A stretch of 63,914 nt of DNA, the filler included, from Octopus bimaculoides (Eukaryota), in the NCBI RefSeq assembly GCF_001194135.2. It is 8 parts of 7 records of this genome, joined end to end, with 100 filler letters (N's around TTAATTAATTAA, not from the genome) between each part and the next. Parts side by side here need not be neighbours in the genome. Positions count along the whole stretch, not along the records: positions 26,899 to 47,150 come from NC_068982.1; positions 47,251 to 48,702 come from NC_068990.1; 6 more parts are not named here. The stretch is one strand, 5' to 3'. Position 1 is the first letter of the stretch; the number at the start of each line of letters is the position of its first letter. The notes under the pieces were generated by a model. The model was not told where the DNA came from and ran no database searches. It worked only from the letters and a program-made list of their open reading frames with translations. Both the position numbers and the translations under genes were made by a program. This document shows, one piece after another, positions 36,790 to 47,893 of the stretch.

Positions 36790-37560
36790 GTAGCTGACAT
36801 GGAAGACTGGAAGCCATCAGAATATTGGAGAGGAGACACCTGTACCATGATGATTTGCGTCGAGTATCAGAATGACGACACCATGACTGCTGCACGGTGC
36901 TCTGTGAGCACTGTAAATGTTGTAAGATGTGACATTGTCAGGGACACAGCAGGTGTTCTGACTGGATCTACACACCCCCACTTCTTTGGACAAGGCCTTG
37001 GATAAATTCAGACGTCTATGTGAAACAGCTGGAGACTGTGGTCAAATTGTGGCTGAAGAGGGTTACTGTTGGCTGTCTATATTTGTCAAAGCAGGATTCG
37101 GTTTCTTGCCATACATCCGAATTATTACAGGCAAGTCCACCACCATCAATTCACCGTGGAGAAAGTTCACTGTGAAGACAGTTCACCGCGAGGAGAGTTT
37201 ATCGAGAAAATATCTCCATAGTATCTCACCATTAATAGTTAAAAACTATATTATTGAAAAAAGAAAATACGGTGGATTGATGACGGTGAACTTACCGGAC
37301 ATGTCTCCGAAAAGAGTCGGAAGTGGTTGACAGAGAATTTCTACATCACCGGCTCCTGTTTCTGGCCTCCTAATTACCCAGATTGTAATCCATAGATTAC
37401 TATGCGAGGGGAACTTTTGAGAAAGAAACCAACCGCTCTGTGTGCATCACTAAGGCCGAGATGGAGTCCAAGATCAAGGAAGCGTTCAAAGAGCTTCCCA
37501 GGGGCACAGTGAGGAACTTATGCACAAGGTCCCGGAACTGTTATCTCCAAGCTACAACCT
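36790..37560 (+). mobile_element. Internally deleted Tc1/mariner-superfamily relic split by a MITE
   Basis: MEDWKPSEYW..; PHFFGQGL..SDVYVKQLETVVKLWLKRV..KQDSVSCHTSE [MITE] KSRKWLTENF..FWPPNYPDCNPIDYY..EKETNRS. Confidence 0.85.
37130..37296. mobile_element. Small MITE with 28-bp imperfect TIRs
   Basis: 37130-37157 versus reverse complement of 37269-37296: 23/28 identical; interrupts the transposase reading. Confidence 0.7.
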
Positions 37561-37809
37561 AGTTCGTAATTTTTAATTTTTTAAATTTAATTTTTTAGAT
37601 TTAATTTTTTTGAAACTGCGAGCAAGTGAAAGAGTTATCACTGGCATCAACGACCAGTGTTTAATTAGAAGTCAGTATGGAAACTGATCCACTAAATAAC
37701 AAAGGATTTTGAGCACTACCCTTATGGAAAACTGGAATGAAACATTGCTCATTTGCTTCCTATCCTCGCTCACATACTTTCAAAACCCGCACACTTTCAA
37801 CCCAACCCC

Positions 37810-37846
<37 letters not shown>

Positions 37847-38476
37847 TCACCCCAAATTGAATACTTATATAAACATGACGGAATCAGCAAGTAACATACA
37901 ATGGAAAGCCTGTAAGCTCTTCCAGTTTCCGTTAGAAATAAATGGTGTGAAGATACCCAGGAGAGTGTCTGAAAAATAGAACAACAATCTTCTGGGATAA
38001 GAAAATATACAGAGACAAAATCAACGAAACATTGTTATCAAAGACCAAAGAAGCACAAGTTGTACTTTTATTTGGAATGCATAGCATGGTAAACTATTTT
38101 GACCAAAGAGACCAAAAAGTTATCCAAATACAGGGATTGGTTTTCTTCTATAATTAATATATTATCATCAGTGAAAATAAATTCTAATAATCATATAGGA
38201 ATATTTACATTTGCCTTGTAGAACTGACTTATAGGAAAGGGGACTGTCGCTATCATCTTCCTTAACTTGAATAACGCAAAAGTATTATAGTCTTCTTATA
38301 AGTGATATCCGTCATAGATTATTTACGCTTTTAGCATTAGATTTTATTGTATGTAATTATCTCCAAATCGACTTAACAGTAGTTGATCAGCTCTAGTGAT
38401 CACATTCTTACCAATTTAACCATATTAACTGTTCATTAAACATGCCAAAGTGATTTTGTTAACGTAGGATTATTTC

Positions 38477-38668
38477 AAGGCGGCGAGCTGGCCGAATTGT
38501 TAGCACACCGGGCAAACAGCTTTGCGGCAATTCGACCGTCTTTACGTTCTGAGTTTACTTTCCGCCGAGGTCGATTTTCCCCTTCATTCTCCCGGGGCCG
38601 ATAAAATAAGTAACAGTTGAACTTTGAGGTCGATGCAGTAGGCTTAACCCCTCCACGAAATTGCTAGC
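38477..38668 (+). mobile_element. SINE-B
   Basis: ggcggcgagctggc head; homologous to 10612. Confidence 0.85.
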
Positions 38669-39177
38669 TGATATAACAATACATGACTTTAAAAACTGTT
38701 CAGCTTTTGAAAGTTTCATTTTAACAAGAGACCGAAGTTGCTTTCCTGACTCTAAACCAGTGGTTACCGACCATCTTTTTGCCTATGGATCCCCCTTGAC
38801 TCCTATTTTACTCTGGTGGACCGCCGTAGCCTTTCGATGTTTATATATATATATAAAAAATCCCATTGTATTTTTATAATTAAATATTATTAGGAATTGT
38901 ATAAAACTTTAAAATATTTTGTGTATCACAGAAGCAAATCAATTTATTACACATAAATTTTAATATCGACCTCGGTGATATTTGAATTTATAATACAAAG
39001 ACATGACGCTCATCATTTTGTCCGGGGTGCTAACGATTCTATCAGCCTTCAGCCTTCAACTGGCTAATGATAATGAACCGCTTTAATGTAAGCAGATGAG
39101 TTATCATTAACGAAAAAAGTGAAATAATCACAGTTGTAAATCCTTTGATAATAGGTTTGCTAACATAGGGTAAAAGG

Positions 39178-39501
39178 TTAAGACCCCCTTCAGTCATGAA
39201 TGACCATAGGATTGCACCTAGAAACGTCCCCTTCGTGGCACAGGTGAGGTTGTATATAGAAGACCAACGGTCACCCGAGCGTACCAGACTTTCCTCTCCA
39301 CGCCACTGACGTTATCCAAGGGATAGGCAATGGCCGATAGAACTTGGAACCTGTAACGTTGCAACTCATTTCTGCAGGTGAATAAACTGGAGCCACATGA
39401 AATTAAGTGTCTAGCTCAAGAACACAAGACATAGCTCGGTCAGGGAAACGAACTCACTACCTCATGTTTGTGAGCCCGATGCTCTAAACACTGAACCATG
39501 C
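39178..39501 (-). mobile_element. SINE-C
   Basis: Homologous to 12558-12871. Confidence 0.88.
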
Positions 39502-39687
39502 TAACATAGGACATTCATTTAAGCTACAATTCACACAGTTTCGAATACAGTGTGCGTGAGACTGAAGACTCCAGGCAGTCAAAAAAACTGACATTTGAGA
39601 GACTGCGTGAATCATAAGTTTTCTAAGTGATGCTGACCAGTCTACAGTGCTTTATGCATAAAACTAGTGCACACCAAACACATATTC

Positions 39688-39722
<35 letters not shown>

Positions 39723-40239
39723 NNNNNNNNNNNNNNNNNNNNNNNNNNNNNNNNNNNNNNNNNNNNNNNNNNNNNNNNNNNNNNNNNNNNNNNNNNNNNN
39801 NNNNNNNNNNNNNNNNNNNNNNNNNNNNNNNNTATATGTATATATGTGTATATGTATATATATATGCATATGTGAATATATATGTATGCACATATTTATA
39901 CACACACAAACACAAGCACACACAATTAGTGGGAAATAATGTTGTGGGGGAACAGCTGTCATCGTTAATGATGGCAAGAGTGGTAAAGGAAGGCCCAACT
40001 CGATGCACAACAAATAGATCAAGGTAGTTAAATGGGAAAACATCAGTTTTCTCGCTGTATGCATAGTATACACCATAAAAATATATAAAAGGATAGTAAT
40101 GACGCAATCCTCCTGATACAACAAGACGTCCAGGGCCAATCGAAGAACCCCAACATCCCAGATCTTCCTGAACACTAATGACAAGTGTCCTCTTCAGTTT
40201 TGCTCACCGGCTTACAAGCTTATATTTGGAGTGGTGCCA

Positions 40240-41400
40240 CTTTTGCAACTTTCGTTCATCATTCAATAAATCCACTCTAGGCAGCACCTCACTATTCACT
40301 CTAATTTTCCTTTTCAAGTAAAACTTGAAAATGTTGACGAAAGCCTTTCAGCCTCGTTCGCCATATTTCTTCTTTCGCTGTAGACAAAAACTGCCTTCCC
40401 TACTCGGTTAAAGAGAGCAGCGAGGCAGTCATTAATAGATTCTGTCAGTAGCCGGATCCGTTCCGCACGTGGCACAACTCTGCAATGGCTGGACACTGAG
40501 CGAGTGCTTGCAGAACGATTTCTTCCCTTTAGACGCATCTCGGACAAGCCCGTCTATCTCAAACCGGTTGTATCCCACGATAACATTGCCAGGCTAAAGA
40601 CTTTTGGAAATATCCATAGCAGTCTCCAATCGAAATGTCTTCCGGAACAAACAAGTCAGTTCGTTTTCGTCAACACCGAGGTTTCTCCTTGAGAATGTCG
40701 TCACCCTTTCTCGCCACTAATCCTCTATAGATTGCTGGAAGTAGCACATCTACCGATCACATTACTTGACTGGCAGAGGGCGATGAGTGCCTGAGAATAT
40801 TCTTGGTGCCAACGCCCAGTCTCGATCTTTGCTTTATGTAGGACTGCAGCTCTTTCAAGGAAACGTGCCATGGAAAGACGTTCCTCACGAACAGTGCCTA
40901 CACACGTTCACTACCAAGGAACTTTTGCAGATGGCGTCGTTCAGGTGTATGTCTGCATATCTATAGTCACGATATCCCTACGCCGCTGTGCAGAGGGTGC
41001 TGGCAACTGATGGGCTGTCTGAGAAGAGAAAGTTTCCTTTCCACAGGTAATTGAATAACAAACGTTCCATTCAGGTCAAATGGTAGCTTGGTCAGGGCAC
41101 AACAGTTAAATGATGAACCAGAAAGGAAGCAATATAGGCATTCGCCTGTCCTACTCTTTCGGCGATAGATTCCTCTTGGCTAATTTCTGAGTAAGTCTAA
41201 CCAACTGCTCGTGACCTCATCCTATAGACCCCCATCGAATAGCTTTTCTTTCTCTCGAATTTAAGTGCACAGGCCTTGGCTCTAACAACGCGGCCTTCGT
41301 GTTTCGTCTCTGAGAAATAGTTGAGGACCATTCTCACTGCTAGCACGTAGGTCGTATTAATACCAACTGCAGCAATTTCAATACCCTAGGAAGGTCAACC
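40240..41400 (-). mobile_element. L1/Tx1-like LINE, ORF2 C-terminal relic
   Basis: Decayed minus frames including LYRGLVARKG.DDILKENLGVDENEL..SLAWQCYRG..RACPRC (Cys-finger remnant). Confidence 0.6.
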
Positions 41401-41800
41401 ACGATCACATGCATAAGCCTTTCTCTTTTAGTTAGATTCATAGAAAGAATACTATGTAGGCTAAGAAAAGCAGCATAAAAGCAGGATGATTACAAATCTC
41501 AATACTGGAAGAGAAGCAAATGACTGAAAAATGACCTTGAAATGTCTTTTAAGTCTGAATTTCTTCATTTAAGGTATTTCTGGATTTGAACTCAGAACTA
41601 ACAATGTCATTAGACTGCGCCCATGCTGGGGTACCGGCTTGAGGAATTTTAGTTGAGCCAATCAGCCCCCCACCCCCGTACTTTTCTTTTTTCTTAAACC
41701 TGGTACTTAATCTATCAGTCTCTTTTACCGGAACGTAAACACACCAACACTGGTTGTCAAGCGGTGGTGGAGGACAAACACAAACACAAAGACACACACG

Positions 41801-41831
<31 letters not shown>

Positions 41832-42796
41832 TCAAGTTATCTGCGATGATTTTTAGCAATCGGTGTTGATTTTACAAATCTGTAGATAATAATAATGTTT
41901 TATAAGCTTAAAGCTTANNNNNNNNNNNNNNNNNNNNNNNNNNNNNNNNNNNNNNNNNNNNNNNNNNNNNNNNNNNNNNNNNNNNNNNNNNNNNNNNNNN
42001 NNNNNNNNNNNNNNNNNNNNNNNNNNNNNNNNNNNNNNNNNNNNNNNNNNNNNNNNNNNNNNNNNNNNNNNNNNNNNNNNNNNNNNNNNNNNNNNNNNNN
42101 NNNNNNNNNNNNNNNNNNNNNNNNNNNNNNNNNNNNNNNNNNNNNNNNNNNNNNNNNNNNNNNNNNNNNNNNNNNNNNNNNNNNNNNNNNNNNNNNNNNN
42201 NNNNNNNNNNNNNNNNNNNNNNNNNNNNNNNNNNNNNNNNNNNNNNNNNNNNNNNNNNNNNNNNNNNNNNNNNNNNNNNNNNNNNNNNNNNNNNNNNNNN
42301 NNNNNNNNNNNNNNNNNNNNNNNNNNNNNNNNNNNNNNNNNNNNNNNNNAAAAGGAGGTACCTCAAAAAAACCTTCGACAGATTTTGTCTCAGCGCTCTA
42401 CTGCTTAAACATTTAAGTAAATTGAGACACTAACCCTATATCAGTTCTCACTTTTAAATATCCTGTTCTCCAGCAAACTACTCCACTTAAATGCTAATTG
42501 TGAGGATACTTGCCCTCGCTTCCTTGTATACAAAATTACAACCACCGGTAGCCGTCAGCAGACGCACCGTCGGCGTTAATAATCAAACGAAACAAATTAA
42601 GGAAATTAGAGATAAGTAGGTAAAAGTAATGTTGTGAAGAATACACGAATATAGTATATAAGCGTAGATCTGCACATATACACACAACAACACACATGCA
42701 CACACTCACACACATACACACACAGAGCTGCATATATCATTACAATTCGATAAATTTGTGCATGGGTGCTAGAACATCTATCTATCTATCTATCTA

Positions 42797-42837
<41 letters not shown>

Positions 42838-43729
42838 NNNNNNNNNNNNNNNNNNNNNNNNNNNNNNNNNNNNNNNNNNNNNNNNNNNNNNNNNNNNNNN
42901 NNNNNNNNNNNNNNNNNNNNNNNNNNNNNNNNNNNNNNNNNNNNNNNNNNNNNNNNNNNNNNNNNNNNNNNNNNNNNNNNNNNNNNNNNNNNNNNNNNNN
43001 NNNNNNNNNNNNNNNNNNNNNNNNNNNNNNNNNNNNNNNNNNNNNNNNNNNNNNNNNNNNNNNNNNNNNNNNNNNNNNNNNNNNNNNNNNNNNNNNNNNN
43101 NNNNNNNNNNNNNNNNNNNNNNNNNNNNNNNNNNNNNNNNNNNNNNNNNNNNNNNNNNNNNNNNNNNNNNNNNNNNNNNNNNNNNNNNNNNNNNNNNNNN
43201 NNNNNNNNNNNNNNNNNNNNNNNNNNNNNNNNNNNNNNNNNNNNNNNNNNNNNNNNNNNNNNNNNNNNNNNNNNNNNNNNNNNNNNNNNNNNNNNNNNNN
43301 NNNNNNNNNNNNNNNNNNNNNNNNNNNNNNNNNNNNNNNNNNNNNNNNNNNNNNNNNNNNNNNNNNNNNNNNNNNNNNNNNNNNNNNNNNNNNNNNNNNN
43401 NNNNNNNNNNNNNNNNNNNNNNNNNNNNNNNNNNNNNNNNNNNNNNNNNNNNNNNNNNNNNNNNNNCGGACTCAGAAGTTACAGCCCGAGTTGTTATCTA
43501 TAACAATAAAAATTAAAGTTCTTCAAATTCAATTTTCTCTTGAAACAATAAATTTCTATAGAGATTAGGATTTAAATTCCAATCTATGAAATGATTCCGT
43601 TCTACAATATCCTTAAATGAACGAAAAATTATCTCACAACTCGAGCTAATACGGACGAGCCTGGTAAGTGTAAAATACTAACTGGTATCTCTTGTCAAGA
43701 GTACAGGCGACAGTCAGATCACTGATCTT

Positions 43730-43804
43730 CGTTGTGCACTCCACCGTTGTGCACTCCGCCGTTGTGCACTCCGCCGTTGTGCACTCCGCCGTTGTGCACT
43801 CTGC
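43730..43804. repeat. 15-bp minisatellite, 5 copies (cgttgtgcactccrc)
   Basis: Units start at 43730, 43745, 43760, 43775 and 43790. Confidence 0.95.
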
Positions 43805-44034
43805 TGTTATTCTATGCGTCTGTGTGTAAAGATCAGTTGTGTTTTATCAGGGTTCTTTTATTTTTACCCTTAACTTAGAAATGGAGACAGACATAGTGCT
43901 AGATGTAAAAAGAAATAAGCCATTTAGGACTAGAAATAAAGCGGGAAAACGTGAAATTCCTCCAGCTGGCATGTGTCTTACGCGAAACCTGCGATGAGCC
44001 CGTGTGACACTGATGACCTGGTGTCGCCTGGCTG

Positions 44035-44096
44035 GATAATTGAAGAGATGTTGGAGTGGATCCCCCATCCTGGCATCCGAAACTCGGAGTTTTATC
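44035..44096 (+). ncRNA. Type-I hammerhead ribozyme-like motif (C3U)
   Basis: GAUAA-UUGAAGA-[GAUGUUG..GGAU-CCCCC-AUCC-UGGCAUC]-C-GAA-ACUCGGAGU-U-UUAUC. 5-bp stem I, palindromic stem III, GUU triplet. Confidence 0.7.
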
Positions 44097-44216
44097 ATGG
44101 CTACTGAATAAGTGTCACATATTTTTACAGATAAATTCCTCTATTTGCATAATATCGAGGTTTCTTTCTTTCTTTTGTTGCCATTCCTGTCAATTATATA
44201 TATATATATACATATC

Positions 44217-44250
<34 letters not shown>

Positions 44251-44906
44251 NNNNNNNNNNNNNNNNNNNNNNNNNNNNNNNNNNNNNNNNNNNNNNNNNN
44301 NNNNNNNNNNNNNNNNNNNNNNNNNNNNNNNNNNNNNNNNNNNNNNNNNNNNNNNNNNNNNNNNNNNNNNNNNNNNNNNNNNNNNNNNNNNNNNNNNNNN
44401 NNNNNNNNNNNNNNNNNNNNNNNNNNNNNNNNNNNNNNNNNNNNNNNNNNNNNNNNNNNNNNNNNNNNNNNNNNNNNNNNNNNNNNNNNNNNNNNNNNNN
44501 NNNNNNNNNNNNNNNNNNNNNNNNNNNNNNNNNNNNNNNNNNNNNNNNNNNNNNNNNNNNNNNNNNNNNNNNNNNNNNNNNNNNNNNNNNNNNNNNNNNN
44601 NNNNNNNNNNNNNNNNNNNNNNNNNNNNNNNNNNNNNNNNNNNNNNNNNNNNNNNNNNNNNNNNNNNNNNNNNNNNNNNNNNNNNNNNNNNNNNNNNNNN
44701 NNNNNNNNNNNNNNNNNNNNNNNNNNNNNNNNNNNNNNNNNNNNNNNNNNNNNNNNNNNNNNNNNNNNNNNNNNNNNNNNNNNNNNNNNNNNNNNNNNNN
44801 NNNNNNNNNNNNNNNNNNNNNNNNNNNNNNNNNNNNNNNNNNNNNNNNATAAATACATATTTATATACATATACATATACACATATATATACATATATAT
44901 ATATAC

Positions 44907-44937
<31 letters not shown>

Positions 44938-45316
44938 CATATGTATATACATATTTATATATATATATATGTGTGTGTATGTGTGTGTATATATATTAAA
45001 ACCCCACCCATACCTCTTCTCTACCCATCCCTTAATGCAGCTCTATCACGTCACCCCCAGTAATATATCTCACACTTATTCACTTCTTACCATCTCATTT
45101 CTTCCTATCCTTCCACCAACTCCTCTCCCATCCTCCCCTCACATTATCTTGACCACCAACTAACACTCCTTTTCTCTCAATTCTTTCACCCTTTCTTCAC
45201 ATTTTTTTCACTCTTTTCATTCTCTTATTACCCTCTATATTCCCTATCTCGTCCTTTTCCATAATAATTCTTTATTTCCAACTCAAATATATTCCTCTAT
45301 TTAACCATCTCACATC

Positions 45317-45364
45317 GTCTCTGATGGAGGGATATCCATAATATCCCAGAAACAGCTGTAAGAC
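45317..45364 (+). ncRNA. Type-I hammerhead ribozyme-like motif with palindromic ACAGCUGU stem III
   Basis: GUCU-CUGAUGG-A-GGGAUAU-CCAUA-AUAUCCC-A-GAA-ACAGCUGU-A-AGAC. Stem I GUCU/AGAC, 7-bp stem II, GUA triplet. Confidence 0.72.
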
Positions 45365-45689
45365 TATATCCATATCTTTTTCCTTATAAATGTCCTGAAA
45401 ACTCCTCACCGCCTTGGCTTTATCTCATTTTGTCTAATATACATATATGTGNNNNNNNNNNNNNNNNNNNNNNNNNNNNNNNNNNNNNNNNNNNNNNNNN
45501 NNNNNNNNNNNNNNNNNNNNNNNNNNNNNNNNNNNNNNNNNNNNNNNNNNNNNNNNNNNNNNNNNNNNNNNNNNNNNNNNNNNNNNNNNNNNNNNNNNNN
45601 NNNNNNNNNNNNNNNNNNNNNNNNNNNNNNNNNNNNNNNNNNNNNNNNNNNNNNNNNNNNNNTATCTTCTATCTTCTATCTTCTATCTT

Positions 45690-45714
45690 CTATCTATATA
45701 TATATAAATGAGAA

Positions 45715-45757
<43 letters not shown>

Positions 45758-45900
45758 GTGAATCCCTAAAACTCGAGAACTACGCAACCAATTTCATTCA
45801 AATTTTACACATGCCTTACTTAGGGTTCCAGTTGTGTTTTAGTCAAAAAGAATTATTAACTTCTTGCAGAGTTCGAGCACACGGCAACATAATATCTCCT
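45690..45900 (+). mobile_element. Probable non-autonomous Helitron-like 5' segment
   Basis: TC-TATATATATATAAATGAGAATG followed by (TCTG)n and 'aactacgcaaccaatttcattcaaattttacac', the layout of microsatellite-bearing non-autonomous Helitrons. No 3' hairpin/CTAG seen. Confidence 0.5.
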
Positions 45901-45904
45901 CCAC

Positions 45905-46157
45905 TATAGCCTCGGGCCGACCAAAGCTTTGTGAGTGGATTTGGTAGACGGAAACTGAAAGAAGCCCGTCGTATATATGTATATGTATATAAGTGTGGGG
46001 GGTACGATGGGCTTCCTTCAGTTTCTGCTTATCAAATCGACTCATAAGGCTTTGATCAGCCTGTAATTATAGAAGAAAACACTTGCCCAAGATTCCCTGC
46101 AATGGGACTGAACCCAGAATCATGTGGTTAAGAAGGAAATTTCTTAACACACATCCA
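45905..46157. mobile_element. Two SINE-A fragments in inverted, tail-to-tail arrangement
   Basis: 45905-45972 (+) and 46005-46157 (-). Confidence 0.85.
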
Positions 46158-46869
46158 TACGTGCGCCACGAAAGTCTCTTTTTGTATTTTATGACGATCT
46201 ATTTTAGAAAGATGAGATAGTTTAATTTATTGAATCACTCAAGATTTATTTATTATTTGGTAGAAGAACAAAGGTTTTCTGTGTAGTGGAGGTCAGGCTG
46301 ACGTAATTAATAATTCAGGCTCGAAATAGCTGTACATGAAAGAGGAGAAAGGAAAGGGAACAAAAAATGTGTTCTGTTTGGATTTCATGCTGCTGTGTAA
46401 CTCTGAATTTGTTCTTAAGTTGGTTAACTGACATTCCTATGTAACCAATATCGTCTTGATTAAATGCTAGACGTGACGATGACTGAATAGATGATTTCAT
46501 CAGTCTACTTGATGGATTTATGTTTTAAAAGTGACAGTTGTATCAGGTAATCCTGTCATTGATTATTTCATAAATTGATGCTAAGGTATTAGAACAAAAC
46601 AATCTCCGCAAAAGTCGCCTAACGACCACGATGCAGTTTTAAGCCTAGAAGTGTGGTATGGCTACCACCTCAAAAGAGAAGGCCTTCTATGTCATATCCA
46701 GCATACTGGATATGACGTAAAATAATTTTTCTGTAACTTAAAATTGGATTATATCATTTACATGTATAGCTGTGTGTGCATGTGTACGTGTGCGTGTGCG
46801 GGTGCGTTTGTGCATGTGTGTGTGTGTGTGTGTGTGCGTGCGTGCGTGTGTGTGTGTGTGTATGTGTAA

Positions 46870-46990
46870 GCGCGTGGCTTAGTGGTTATGGTGTGTTACA
46901 CTCATGATTGTGGTTTCGATTCCTAGAGCGGGCGATGCATCGTGTTCTTAAGCAAAACACTTCATCTCACGTTGCTCCAGTCCACTCTGC
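46870..46990 (+). mobile_element. SINE-C head and core fragment
   Basis: tggcttagtgg..ggtttcgattcc..cttaagcaaaacacttcatctcacg. Confidence 0.8.
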
Positions 46991-47250
46991 GACAGACGGA
47001 TGGGCTTGCCGTCTAGGTGAAGAATACATTCGCAACCAAATCCAGGAAAGCGATCTCATTACCCCTATGGCTCGGGAACTAACCGACGCTCTATAAATGA
47101 GATGTTTCTTCGATCTTGACTGACATGGGTTGAATATCAACTAGTAATGCNNNNNNNNNNNNNNNNNNNNNNNNNNNNNNNNNNNNNNNNNNNNTTAATT
47201 AATTAANNNNNNNNNNNNNNNNNNNNNNNNNNNNNNNNNNNNNNNNNNNN

Positions 47251-47283
<33 letters not shown>

Positions 47284-47313
47284 TATATATATGTATGTAT
47301 ATTCTTTTATTGT

Positions 47314-47445
47314 TTTACTTGTTTCAGACATTTGACTGCAACCATGCCAGAGCACCGCCTTCAGTTGAATAAATCGGCTCCAGGACTTATTCTTTGTAAG
47401 CCGAGTACTTATTCTATTGGTCTTTTTTTTTGCTGAACCACTAAC
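47314..47445 (-). mobile_element. SINE-A 3' fragment
   Basis: Similarity to 32851-32990. Confidence 0.8.
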
Positions 47446-47590
47446 ACATATATTAGGGATAATCCCATCTGTGAGACTGATGTAGCCAGGTCAGTTGCTG
47501 TGGTGGTCTTGTGTATTGGAGATAGTCCCATCTATGAGATTGATGTAGCACCCTCTCGCACATGTATAAGAATATATGCATGTTTCACAT

Positions 47591-47633
<43 letters not shown>

Positions 47634-47845
47634 GCATGAGGAGGTGGTAAATTATTCTCGAATTTGGGTAAATGAAAATACAGGAGGATCAGTTTATTAT
47701 TGCTTTATTTAATATATTCACACACATTGCAGCAGTGATAAAACATTTCTCAACCCTGTAAAGGAACTTCGAAGGTTGGGCCTCCGACCTGGCCTTTTGT
47801 GAGACATCTAAAACCAGGAGTTTTTCAGCCCTCCCNNNNNNNNNN

Positions 47846-47893
<48 letters not shown>

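Noticed and set aside
36577-37330. 142-aa and 114-aa ORFs as host genes
   Set aside because: They overlap a frameshifted Tc1/mariner relic and the MITE inserted in it.
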